Source: a bacterium | Lineage (GTDB): Bacteria; Hydrothermota; UBA3073; JACQXS01; JAQTXJ01 | Reading direction: 5' to 3' | Length of the DNA: 62,015 nt | Assembly (NCBI GenBank): GCA_028688815.1 | Contig: JAQTXJ010000003.1 | Span: 1 to 62,015 of the forward strand | Shown: one piece after another, positions 32,224 to 41,482 of the stretch | Position numbering within the stretch: the stretch's first letter is position 1 | How the letters are laid out: each line of letters begins with the position of its first letter | Notes under the pieces: model-generated | Database searches by the model: none | What the model was told of the DNA's origin: nothing | What the model saw: only the letters and a program-made list of their open reading frames with translations | Position numbers and translations under genes: made by a program

Positions 32224-33405
32224 ATGAAAAACAAATTGTTAGCGTATTTAATTTTATTTATTTTTGCTGTAATATTTTTTATCCCCGGTATCTCATTTGC
32301 CGATTTAGACGTATATATGGGATGTAATTGTTGGGAGAGTAACGGAATCCCGGGTAACTGGCAGAGAAAAACAGTATGGGATATTCCATTTTCAGGCTCC
32401 GGATATGTTCATTCGAGTTTCTGTGATTTAGATAATGATGGGGATATGGACACATATGTTACTGACGATGGATCTAGTATAATGGCTTTCGAAAATATAG
32501 GTTCAACAACTGCGCCTGTATGGCAGCGAAAATCTATATGGGATTTTTCCCCTCCGCAATTTAGTCAGGTGTATTATGCCGATTTTGTTGAAATAAATGG
32601 AGATGGAAAATGTGAATTAGCCGTAAGTAAGGGCACTGTAATTAAATTTTATGTAAATACGGGAACGACCACTCCGGTCTGGACAATTGCCCCGGGGTGG
32701 GACATAACTATAAGTGACGGGAACTTAGCGTATAGTTTTGGAGATTTAAATAATGATGGACTAAATGATGTTGTCGTGAGGTTATGGAATATTTGTATAT
32801 TAAAGGTTTTTGAAAATATAGGTTCTGATACTGTTCCTGTTTGGCAGGAAAAATCCGCATGGAAACCGTCTAAGGATACTGACCCTCCTGCTTTAGGTGA
32901 TTTGGATGGGGACAAAGATTTAGATATCCTTGGTGGAGGAGGGGCATCGTGGGTTACGGCATATGAGAATACCGGAACAATAAATAGTCCTGTATGGACG
33001 GAAAGATCGAATTGGCTTACGCCTGATGCCAGAACTTCTTGCGTTTATCCCGAACTAATAGATATAGATAACGATGGAGCAGGTATTGAAGAAAATCCGC
33101 AATCCGCAATCCGCAATCCAAAATTAACGATATATCCCAATCCGTTTGTTGAAAATACCATTATTAGTTATTCCTACTCCGTCTTAGGCGGGTCAGGCAC
33201 GGTGGAAATAGCGATTTACGATATAAGCGGTAAACTAATTAAATCCCTGACTGTCGTGAGGCAAGTTTTTGGGATGTCCACTAATAATGAAATAAAATGG
33301 GATGGAACTGATAATTGTGGTGGCAAGGTAAAAAGTGGTATTTATTTCTGTAAGTTGCGAGTGGGAAATTATTATATGATAGATAAGATAACCCTGCTGA
33401 AATAA
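32224..33405 (+). CDS. FG-GAP repeat protein with T9SS C-terminal sorting domain (paralog 1)
   Basis: CDLDNDGDMDT, VEINGDGKCEL, GDLNNDGLNDV, GDLDGDKDLDI. C-terminal KLTIYPNPF...IAIYDISGKLIKSL...WDGTDNCGGKVKSGIYFCKL...ITLLK. GGAGAGG SD. Confidence 0.8.
   Translation: MKNKLLAYLILFIFAVIFFIPGISFADLDVYMGCNCWESNGIPGNWQRKTVWDIPFSGSGYVHSSFCDLDNDGDMDTYVTDDGSSIMAFENIGSTTAPVWQRKSIWDFSPPQFSQVYYADFVEINGDGKCELAVSKGTVIKFYVNTGTTTPVWTIAPGWDITISDGNLAYSFGDLNNDGLNDVVVRLWNICILKVFENIGSDTVPVWQEKSAWKPSKDTDPPALGDLDGDKDLDILGGGGASWVTAYENTGTINSPVWTERSNWLTPDARTSCVYPELIDIDNDGAGIEENPQSAIRNPKLTIYPNPFVENTIISYSYSVLGGSGTVEIAIYDISGKLIKSLTVVRQVFGMSTNNEIKWDGTDNCGGKVKSGIYFCKLRVGNYYMIDKITLLK
33094..33121 (+). repeat. heptanucleotide tandem repeat (AATCCGC x3 + AATCCAA) inside the CDS
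   Basis: Read directly at 33094-33100, 33101-33107, 33108-33114 and 33115-33121. It encodes the linker NPQSAIRNPK just before the T9SS domain. Confidence 0.9.
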
Positions 33406-33407
33406 AA

Positions 33408-34586
33408 ATGAAAAAAGGGTGTAATAAAAAATCAAATTGGAAAGCAAAGAGCATAATACTTATTATGGCTATATGGATTTATACATCTTTGTCTGCCAAT
33501 GTAGATGTATTTATGGGATTTAGATGCTGGAGAAACACCGGAACTCCGGGAACGTGGGAAAGAAAAGTATTGTGGGATATCCCTTTTTCAGATACCGTTT
33601 ACATTCATTCAAGCTTTTGTGATTTAGATGGAGATGGAGATTTAGATGCATATCTAACCAGCGATTCTGATTCTATAAGAGCTTTTGAAAATACAGGGTT
33701 CGACACTAGTCCTGTATGGCAAAAGAAAACGCAATGGAGTTTTAACCCCTCCGAATTCGGTAAAGTTTTTTGGGCTGATTTTGTGGATATAGATGGTGAT
33801 GGGAAATGTGAATTAAGTGTTGCAAGGCACGATACCATCAAGTTTTATAAAAATACAGGTACTACCCCGCCTGTTTGGGCAAGACGTCCGGCATGGGATA
33901 TATATGTCGGAGAAAATAATTTAGGGCACTCGTATGGTGATTTAGATAATGATGGGGATTATGATATTATAGTGCGCCTTTGGACTGCCTGCCAAATTAA
34001 AGTTTTTGAAAATATAGGTTCAGATACTATTCCTGTTTGGCAGGAAAAACCCTCGTGGGTGCCACCTAAAGATACTGATTTGCCGGCTTTTGGTGATTTG
34101 GATGGGGATAAAGATATTGACATACTTGGTGGAGGAGGGCATACATGGGTCACAGCTTACGAAAATACCGGAACGATAGATAGTCCTGTATGGACAGAAA
34201 GAGTGGATTGGCTTACACCGGATGCTAAAACTTCGTTTCTTTATCCGGAGTTAGTAAATATAGATAATGATGGCGCAGGTATTGAAGAAAATCTGCAATC
34301 CAAAATCCAAAATTCCAAATTAACGATATATCCCAATCCATTTGCCGGAAAAACTTTTATTGGTTATTCCTGCTCCGTCTCAAGCGAATCAGGCGCGGCA
34401 AAGATAACGATTTACGACATAAGTGGCAAATTAGTTAAATCCTTTCCAATAACTCAAGTATCTAATAGCCCAATGATTGAAGCAATATGGGATGGTACTG
34501 ATAATTATGGGCACAAACTAAAAAGTGGAATTTATTTTTGTAAATATAATCATATTATAGGTAAAATAACTTTGTTAAAGGAGTAA
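33408..34586 (+). CDS. FG-GAP repeat protein with T9SS C-terminal sorting domain (paralog 2)
   Basis: Alignable end to end with 32224..33405 (e.g. IKVFENIGSDTIPVWQEKPSW, GDLDGDKDIDILGGGG, WVTAYENTGTIDSPVWTER). Starts 2 nt after the paralog 1 stop. Confidence 0.8.
   Translation: MKKGCNKKSNWKAKSIILIMAIWIYTSLSANVDVFMGFRCWRNTGTPGTWERKVLWDIPFSDTVYIHSSFCDLDGDGDLDAYLTSDSDSIRAFENTGFDTSPVWQKKTQWSFNPSEFGKVFWADFVDIDGDGKCELSVARHDTIKFYKNTGTTPPVWARRPAWDIYVGENNLGHSYGDLDNDGDYDIIVRLWTACQIKVFENIGSDTIPVWQEKPSWVPPKDTDLPAFGDLDGDKDIDILGGGGHTWVTAYENTGTIDSPVWTERVDWLTPDAKTSFLYPELVNIDNDGAGIEENLQSKIQNSKLTIYPNPFAGKTFIGYSCSVSSESGAAKITIYDISGKLVKSFPITQVSNSPMIEAIWDGTDNYGHKLKSGIYFCKYNHIIGKITLLKE
34290..34317 (+). repeat. 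degenerate heptanucleotide repeat (AATCTGC AATCCAA AATCCAA AATTCCA) inside the CDS
   Basis: Read directly. Same linker position as 33094-33121, encoding NLQSKIQNSK. Confidence 0.8.
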
Positions 34587-34589
34587 AAT

Positions 34590-35375
34590 ATGGAAAAATT
34601 TGTAGAATTTGAGGGTGTTAAATACGAGATACCCCCTGCAACAACGCAAAAGAGAATAATTTTATTTCTAAGACACCTTGCAGATTATAAATTTATTTCT
34701 GAATATGTTAACAATTTGGAAGTTTTGGATGTAGGTTGTGGTTATGGGTATGGAAGTTTCCTGTTGAGTTTAAAGGCAAAAAAAATTTTGGGCGCAGACC
34801 TTGCTGAACTTCAAATAGAGCAGGCAAAGAAAACCTATAAAAAGGACAACCTTGATTTTTTAGTTTTAGACGCTACTCAACTGGAAAAGAATTTTCCACC
34901 GGAAAGCTTTGACGTAGTAATAGGTATGCAACTAATCGAACATCTTGAGTTGCCGGAGAAATTTATTGAATCAGCTAAAAAAGTTTTAAAGAAGAATGGG
35001 CTTTTGATTGTTACCACCCCAAATAAACTTGTCCGGATGGTTGAAGGACAGAAGCCATGGAACTCAGATCATATTAGGGAATATGACCCGTCTTCTCTTG
35101 AGAAATTTCTAGGTGGCTATTTCAAGAATGTAGAATTTTACAGTTTACTCGGCTCAGAGAAAGTTTATGAACTTGAAAAAAAGCTTAGAGGGGGGAATAT
35201 CTCTCCTAAACTTAAAGTGCTATGGCGATACACTCCTGAATTTATTAGGCAGGGAGTAAGAAAAGGCATAGATTCAAAGTTAGAAGAGGACGAAGTAAAG
35301 TTGGATGACTATGAAATCGTAAAAGGAGCTCAAGATAAAGGGCTTGGCTTTTTTGCATTTTGTAGAAAAAATTAG
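34590..35375 (+). CDS. class I SAM-dependent methyltransferase
   Basis: Motif I VLDVGCGYGYGSFLL, VVIGMQLIEHL, LLIVTTPN. Starts 3 nt after the paralog 2 stop. Confidence 0.8.
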   Translation: MEKFVEFEGVKYEIPPATTQKRIILFLRHLADYKFISEYVNNLEVLDVGCGYGYGSFLLSLKAKKILGADLAELQIEQAKKTYKKDNLDFLVLDATQLEKNFPPESFDVVIGMQLIEHLELPEKFIESAKKVLKKNGLLIVTTPNKLVRMVEGQKPWNSDHIREYDPSSLEKFLGGYFKNVEFYSLLGSEKVYELEKKLRGGNISPKLKVLWRYTPEFIRQGVRKGIDSKLEEDEVKLDDYEIVKGAQDKGLGFFAFCRKN

Positions 35376-35438
35376 GGTTAACTTGTTAATCTACCTGAAA
35401 AACGTATTAATTAAACTTCTTTAATACTAATTAAATTA

Positions 35439-36518
35439 ATGAATAAAACCAAAAAGGAAAATATTAAGAAGGCGTGTTTTATAATTGGGGGTGGAATAGG
35501 AAATATAATAACTTTTACGCCTACCCTTAAAAAACTAAATAAAGAGTTGCCTCACACTCAAATTACAATATTGGGAAATAATATAAAAGTAGCAGCAGAA
35601 ATTCTAGAGACGTATCCTTACGATATAAAAAAGATAGAGCTATCTCCTAAAATGTCTTTTTGTGGGGTTCTGAATATTTTAAATGATATAAGAAAAGAGA
35701 AGTTTGATTTAATGATTCTCCCTTCTTATCCTTTCAGCCATCGTCGCGCATATCAATCTATTATAAAGTCATCTTTATTTGCCGTTTTATCAGGGGCAAA
35801 ATACATAATTGGAGACAAGAAAGCCCCCTTATCTTTTTTGTTTTACAACATAAGAATTATCCCAAAAGGACGCAATATAGTGGAATTAAATCTTTCGATA
35901 TTGGAGCAACTGGGATTTACTTTAAATAAAGACGACGCAAAACCTGAATTGTTTTTTAATTTTGTAGAAGCCGACAAAAACCTGAACTTGTTTATTAAAC
36001 AATATAATTTGGCCGCAAAGAAATTAATTGTATTTCATATAGGTAGTGGAAAGGGATATTATAATCGTCGTTGGTCAAATGATAAGTGGGCTGAATTGGG
36101 AGACATTTTAATTGACAAATACAAAGTTTCTATTTTATTTATAGGTGATAAGCTTGAATCGATGGAAGTACAAAAAATACAAAATCTAATGAAACAAAAA
36201 ACTTTTAATCTTGCCGGAGAATTAAGTTTAAGTGAAACGGCAAAATTAATAAAAATAAGTAATCTAATAGTATGCACAAATTCTGGACCTATGCATATAG
36301 CCGCAACGCTTGAAACCCCATCTGTAGTTTTAATGGGGCCTACTCTTAAAGAATGGTGGCCATCTTATAGTAGAACGTCTATTATTGTCTGGAAAAATAA
36401 GTGTAATATTCTTTGCGAAGGGCCTTGTAGACGTAAAGAAAACATCTGCATGACATCAATTACGGTAAAAGATGTGTTAAAGGTAATCGCCCCCCAACTA
36501 AAAAACAAAAATGAATAA
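35439..36518 (+). CDS. GT9-family glycosyltransferase (heptosyltransferase-like)
   Basis: FHIGSGKGYYNRRWSNDKWAELGDIL and TNSGPMHIAA. Confidence 0.75.
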   Translation: MNKTKKENIKKACFIIGGGIGNIITFTPTLKKLNKELPHTQITILGNNIKVAAEILETYPYDIKKIELSPKMSFCGVLNILNDIRKEKFDLMILPSYPFSHRRAYQSIIKSSLFAVLSGAKYIIGDKKAPLSFLFYNIRIIPKGRNIVELNLSILEQLGFTLNKDDAKPELFFNFVEADKNLNLFIKQYNLAAKKLIVFHIGSGKGYYNRRWSNDKWAELGDILIDKYKVSILFIGDKLESMEVQKIQNLMKQKTFNLAGELSLSETAKLIKISNLIVCTNSGPMHIAATLETPSVVLMGPTLKEWWPSYSRTSIIVWKNKCNILCEGPCRRKENICMTSITVKDVLKVIAPQLKNKNE

Positions 36519-37914
36519 AGGTATACGATCTCTTAAAGTTATAATTCTTATTTTTACAATGGCAATTTCTATTCATGCTGATTGGTGGGATGCAAATTGG
36601 CCATACAGGCGAGCAATGACAATAGACAATTCCTTGAGCCCTGATACTCTATGGAATTATTCCATAAAATTTAATGTAATTTACGAAACAACTATGAAGT
36701 CTGATTTTTCAGATATCAGATTTATAGGTTATGATTCATCAATTTTGCTACCCTACTGGATTCAAAGATATGCAATTAGTGATTCTGCTGTAGTGTGGGT
36801 AAAAGTTCCTTTAATCCTTGCCTTTGATACTACAAAAATTTATATGTATTACGGTAATATTTCTGCAATTTATAAAGGCAATCCGGATTCTTTATTTGAC
36901 TTTTTTGATGACTTTTCTTCAAATCCAAACAATAACGGAAAATGGGGAATACATAGATACGCTAACGATCTTTATAATGAATGTTGCTGGGATTCCATAA
37001 GTGGAAAATTTTATCTTACAAGAGCAGCTTACAGTATAGGAGTGGCTGCTTTTTGTAATTACACATTAAATGTAAAATCGTGGACGATGGAATTTGATTA
37101 TTTAATAGGCGGGAACTCTGGAGGTGCAGATGGCATCGTAGCAATGTTTTATAAAAATAAAGGTGTTTATGGCACTCCGGCTTATGGAGGCTATCTTGGC
37201 TTTACGTTATCGAATTTAACTCCTGTTGTTGGTTATGGAATTGAATTTGACCACTGGTATAATGTTTGGGACAATTCAAATAATCATATTGCTTTAATGA
37301 AAGATACTTACAGTAATCATCTTACTTCTATTGACGATATGCGTACGGAAGACAACTTATGGCATAGCACTTTTCTGAACTTTCAGAGTGGCAAGGTATT
37401 ATTGAAAGTGGATAATGATACCATTATAAATTATAATATTGTAAGTCCTGATTATACTTACAGTGGCATAGGATTTAGTTCTTCATGTGGATATGCAGGA
37501 AATAATAATCATATCATTGATAATGTTATAATCCGGAAATCTACTTATCTTGAACCATCTATATCTCCTGATTCTGAGGAAATGAAAATAGAATTGCCTT
37601 CTTTTGACTATAAAACTCCAAGTTTATGCGATGTGTCTACTTTTAACAATGTATATGGAAGATATGTTACTTTTAGTTTTAAGTTAAATGTCAAGGGCAA
37701 TGTCTCTCTTGTTGTATATAATCTTGTTGGAGAAAAGATACAGACACTGATTGAAAATATGCCTTATTCTGTTGGAACCCATAAGTATTTGTGGAATTTA
37801 GAAAGTAAGCCTAAGGCAAAGATAACTCAAGGTATATATATTTATGTTTTAGAATTAAAAACAGTAAATAAACTTGTGGGCAGGGAAACTAATAAAATAA
37901 TAGTTTTGAAATAA
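36511..37914 (+). CDS. DUF2341 + lectin/LamG-like domain protein with T9SS C-terminal sorting domain
   Basis: WWDANWPYRRAMTIDNS...FSDIRFIGYDSSILLPYWIQRY...VWVKVP (DUF2341 pattern). C-terminal VSLVVYNLVGEKIQTLI...GIYIYVLELK. The ATG overlaps the GT9 3' end by 8 nt. Confidence 0.65.
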   Translation: MNKGIRSLKVIILIFTMAISIHADWWDANWPYRRAMTIDNSLSPDTLWNYSIKFNVIYETTMKSDFSDIRFIGYDSSILLPYWIQRYAISDSAVVWVKVPLILAFDTTKIYMYYGNISAIYKGNPDSLFDFFDDFSSNPNNNGKWGIHRYANDLYNECCWDSISGKFYLTRAAYSIGVAAFCNYTLNVKSWTMEFDYLIGGNSGGADGIVAMFYKNKGVYGTPAYGGYLGFTLSNLTPVVGYGIEFDHWYNVWDNSNNHIALMKDTYSNHLTSIDDMRTEDNLWHSTFLNFQSGKVLLKVDNDTIINYNIVSPDYTYSGIGFSSSCGYAGNNNHIIDNVIIRKSTYLEPSISPDSEEMKIELPSFDYKTPSLCDVSTFNNVYGRYVTFSFKLNVKGNVSLVVYNLVGEKIQTLIENMPYSVGTHKYLWNLESKPKAKITQGIYIYVLELKTVNKLVGRETNKIIVLK

Positions 37915-38204
37915 AACTATTTATACCCAATTTAATATAACGATTTAACATAAGGAGTTTGACGGGAAACAGAAAAAAGTAGTTAAGAAATCATTATTTT
38001 CTGTCTTTACCGGAGAAGAATATAATAAGTGTTTCTACCGTAGATATGAGATAATTAATTATAAATTTGAATTTTCGGTACCTTCTAAATATTTTTTACG
38101 TATATAAAAAATTGCTTTACATTTGAATCTTTTTATATAATCTTGTTCATATAAATACTTAATTAAATTAATATTATATTTGTTTTCATCTGGGGAGAAA
38201 AGTT

Positions 38205-40709
38205 ATGAAAAAGAAAAAAGATAAAGAGAGTGGGGCTATAGATATGTCGTGGAAAAGCATACCTTCAAGTATGCTTAATAAAATACTAATAGGGATTCTT
38301 CTTTTATTGCCGTTAATATTTTTTGCGCCTTTACTTTCTGGGCAAAAAATGATGGGTGGGTCGGACTGGTTACTTGCAGGGTATTCTTCCCGACATTGGC
38401 TTGCCGATTGCATTCGACTTTATCATCGCCCTCCTTTATGGGATCCTCTGGCTTTTGGAGGACTACCTACGGGAAATTCGTATACCTTATATAACTTATG
38501 GTTTAATATTTTCCCGACTCACATTGCATGGACATACATATTTGTTTTAGGGATGTTTCTTGCAGGTTTGGGCGTATATTTATACTTAAAAGAGATTAAA
38601 TTATCTCTTTATTCTGCTTTCCTCGGGGCGCTTATTTATATGGGGTCGGGGTCCGTTTTATCTACAACTTCTCCCGGGCATGACGGAAAACTTCTTGCTA
38701 CCGCGCTTGTCCCATTTGTTTTTCTGTTTTTACATAAAGGACTTACGAAACATAAATTTTTAGACTTTCTTCTTGCTGGTGCAATTGGAGGCATTGCCGC
38801 TGTTAATGCCCATTTTCAACTTGTTTATTATTCAGTCATAGCGCTTGCATTTTACTTTATTTTTCATCTTATCTGGCAGAGGAAAGAGAATAAAGCTAAA
38901 GGAACTTTTAAACTTATATCTTATGCGTTTTGTGCATTATTACTTGCGGCGGGATTATTGGCAATACAATACCTGCCAACATTTGCAGGCATAGGGTGGG
39001 GCGCAAGAGGAGGGGAGCGAGGTTACAAATTCGCTACTTCCTGGGCACTGCCAATTTCCGAGTTGTGGGATTTAATAACTCCTCATTTTTCAGGCTTGTT
39101 AGACAATTATTGGGGAGAAAATTACTTCAAACTAGATACTCAGTACTTAGGCATATTGCCTCTAATACTTGCATTGTTCACGATAATTTTTATGATTAAA
39201 AATTCCTATGTAAAGTTTTTTACAGGTTTAGCTGTTGTTGCCATAATATTTGCTCTTGGTGGGCATACTCTTTTTTATCATATCCCATATGCGATATTGC
39301 CGGGTATAAAAAAATTCCGTGGGCCTGCTATGAGTTTTTATCTTGTGGCTTTTAGCATTTCTGTCCTTGCAAGTATCGGAATACAAAATTTAATAGAAGA
39401 ACAAAATACAAAAGCTAAAATACAGAAACGAGTTCCTCTTTATTTAGGAATAATGTTCGCGATAATTGCTGTATTAGCAATTATTTTCTCTGCTGGAAAA
39501 GAATCTATCTTAGAATATTTCAAATCTCATTTCGGGCCTATTTTTACGGGTGAATATGGCGCCCAAATGTCTCAATACAAACTCCAGAACCTTTATAAAA
39601 ATTATCCTGTTTTTCTTGAGGGATTGGGAAAAGCTGTTTTTCTTGCAGCATTGAATTGCGTGCTCATTTTTCTTCTTTATGCAAAAAAATTAAAACTGCC
39701 GATAGGAATAGCTCTTGTCGGAGGACTTCTTGTTTTTGACCAGTGGAGCATAGAGAAACAGTTTTTAAAAATAGTCCCACATCCTTCGGAATATTATGCG
39801 GCAGATGATATGGTAGGAACACTTATCTCTGAAAATATTCCTGATTATTCTTATCGCGTATTCCCTCTTTTGTATGATCATACAACGGACGGTTATTTAT
39901 GTATTCACGGTATTCAAAGCGTAGGTGGGTATGTCTCCAATCCGGGGGAGCGGTATCAGAAATTTATCGGGGCGGATAATAGCGTAATGTTTACCCCACC
40001 CAATTTGGTGAGATATAAAAACTTACTGAATATCTTAAATGTAAAATATATTTTCTCTGCCTGGTTGCCGGAGGATTTGACTCCATATCCTGAAAACACC
40101 CGACAGATGATAGAAAACTTTAGAATGGGTTTTTTAGGACAATGGGGAGTTGACTTCAGAGATTTTCATAATAATTTTATTATTGATTACAAAACCCCTG
40201 ACGGTAAAGCAGTTTACAGAAACGAATCTGCGCTTCCTCGTGCCTTAATTGTTCACAGCTTTGAGATTCTCTCGAAAACTTCTGTTCTTGAAAGACTAAA
40301 ACAGCCTGACTTTAATCCCAGAACTACCGTTGTTCTAGAAGAACAACCAATGAAACAAGTTTCAACTCTTCAATCGCCAGACTCAAATATTCAGAATTCA
40401 GAAACAGTAAAAATAGATGAATATACTCCAAATAAAATTATATGTACTGCCAATCTTGCTATCCCGGGATTTCTTGTTTTGTCGGAAAACTGGCATCCGG
40501 ACTGGAAAGTTTATGTAGATGGCAAAAAAGACAAACTATATGTTGCAGATTATATTTTACGAGGAGTTCAGTTGGATAAAGGAGCGCACAAAATTGAGTT
40601 CGTATACGATTCTTTCTATTTTAAGTTAGGCGCGCTTATTTCTTTGCTTGCATCTTTACTTTTAATTGTTATAATCATCCTTAAAATTAAAAGCATTCGA
40701 TTGAAATGA
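38205..40709 (+). CDS. YfhO-like polytopic membrane glycosyltransferase (GT-C fold family)
   Basis: 834 aa with more than 12 TM segments in the N-terminal two thirds. C-terminal ENWHPDWKVYVDGKKDKLYVADYILRGVQLDKGAHKIEFVY resembles the YfhO C-terminus, followed by a final TM helix. Confidence 0.65.
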   Translation: MKKKKDKESGAIDMSWKSIPSSMLNKILIGILLLLPLIFFAPLLSGQKMMGGSDWLLAGYSSRHWLADCIRLYHRPPLWDPLAFGGLPTGNSYTLYNLWFNIFPTHIAWTYIFVLGMFLAGLGVYLYLKEIKLSLYSAFLGALIYMGSGSVLSTTSPGHDGKLLATALVPFVFLFLHKGLTKHKFLDFLLAGAIGGIAAVNAHFQLVYYSVIALAFYFIFHLIWQRKENKAKGTFKLISYAFCALLLAAGLLAIQYLPTFAGIGWGARGGERGYKFATSWALPISELWDLITPHFSGLLDNYWGENYFKLDTQYLGILPLILALFTIIFMIKNSYVKFFTGLAVVAIIFALGGHTLFYHIPYAILPGIKKFRGPAMSFYLVAFSISVLASIGIQNLIEEQNTKAKIQKRVPLYLGIMFAIIAVLAIIFSAGKESILEYFKSHFGPIFTGEYGAQMSQYKLQNLYKNYPVFLEGLGKAVFLAALNCVLIFLLYAKKLKLPIGIALVGGLLVFDQWSIEKQFLKIVPHPSEYYAADDMVGTLISENIPDYSYRVFPLLYDHTTDGYLCIHGIQSVGGYVSNPGERYQKFIGADNSVMFTPPNLVRYKNLLNILNVKYIFSAWLPEDLTPYPENTRQMIENFRMGFLGQWGVDFRDFHNNFIIDYKTPDGKAVYRNESALPRALIVHSFEILSKTSVLERLKQPDFNPRTTVVLEEQPMKQVSTLQSPDSNIQNSETVKIDEYTPNKIICTANLAIPGFLVLSENWHPDWKVYVDGKKDKLYVADYILRGVQLDKGAHKIEFVYDSFYFKLGALISLLASLLLIVIIILKIKSIRLK

Positions 40710-41422
40710 AAAATCTTATTATCATACCTACTTATAATGAAATAGAGAATATAGAAAAGTTGCTTACTGCTATATGGTCATTTATTCCAGACATCCATTT
40801 GCTTATAGTAGATGATAATTCTCCGGACGGAACAGGCGAATACATAAAACAGCTTTCTAACAAAGATTCAAGAGTTCATATTATCCAGCGTAGTGGTAAA
40901 ATGGGATTAGGAAGTGCGTATAAAGAAGGATTTAGATATGCTATCGACAAAGGATATGACTATATTTTTGAAATGGATGCAGATTTTTCACATAGCCCTG
41001 CAGAACTTCCAAAATTTATCGAAAAAATGAAAGAATATGATTTAGTTATAGGGTCAAGATATGCAACGGGTATTTCTGTTATAAACTGGCCTCTTTCACG
41101 TCTTATACTTTCGAGCTTTGCCAATATTTATGCAAGGAAAATGACAGGAGTTCCTATTAAAGATTTAACTGCCGGATTTAAGTGTTATTCTCGTAAAGTG
41201 TTGGAGACCCTTCCCCTTAACAGGATAAAGTCGGATGGTTATGGCTTTCAAATCGAGACAGTATTTTGGGCGTATCGTAGAGGATTTAAGCTATATGAGT
41301 TGCCAATTATATTCGTTGACCGTATGGAAGGAACATCAAAAATGTCCAAACACATTGTATGGGAAGCATTCTGGATTGTCTTAAAACTTAGATTCTTAGT
41401 AATGTTCGGTGGTGCGAGGTAA
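40706..41422 (+). CDS. polyprenol-phosphate mannose/sugar synthase (Dpm1-like GT2)
   Basis: IIIPTYNEIENIEKLL, LLIVDDNSPDGTG, FEMDADFSH. The ATG overlaps the YfhO-like stop (ATGA). Confidence 0.85.
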   Translation: MKNLIIIPTYNEIENIEKLLTAIWSFIPDIHLLIVDDNSPDGTGEYIKQLSNKDSRVHIIQRSGKMGLGSAYKEGFRYAIDKGYDYIFEMDADFSHSPAELPKFIEKMKEYDLVIGSRYATGISVINWPLSRLILSSFANIYARKMTGVPIKDLTAGFKCYSRKVLETLPLNRIKSDGYGFQIETVFWAYRRGFKLYELPIIFVDRMEGTSKMSKHIVWEAFWIVLKLRFLVMFGGAR

Positions 41423-41447
41423 AAATAAAGTATAAAATAATCTTAGA

Positions 41448-41465
41448 GACGCAAAATTTTGCGTC
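41448..41465. repeat. 18-nt perfect palindrome GACGCAAAATTTTGCGTC
   Basis: Read directly. It sits between the Dpm1-like stop and the ispD ATG. No U-tract. Confidence 0.75.
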
Positions 41466-41482
41466 CCTACAACAACAAAAAA

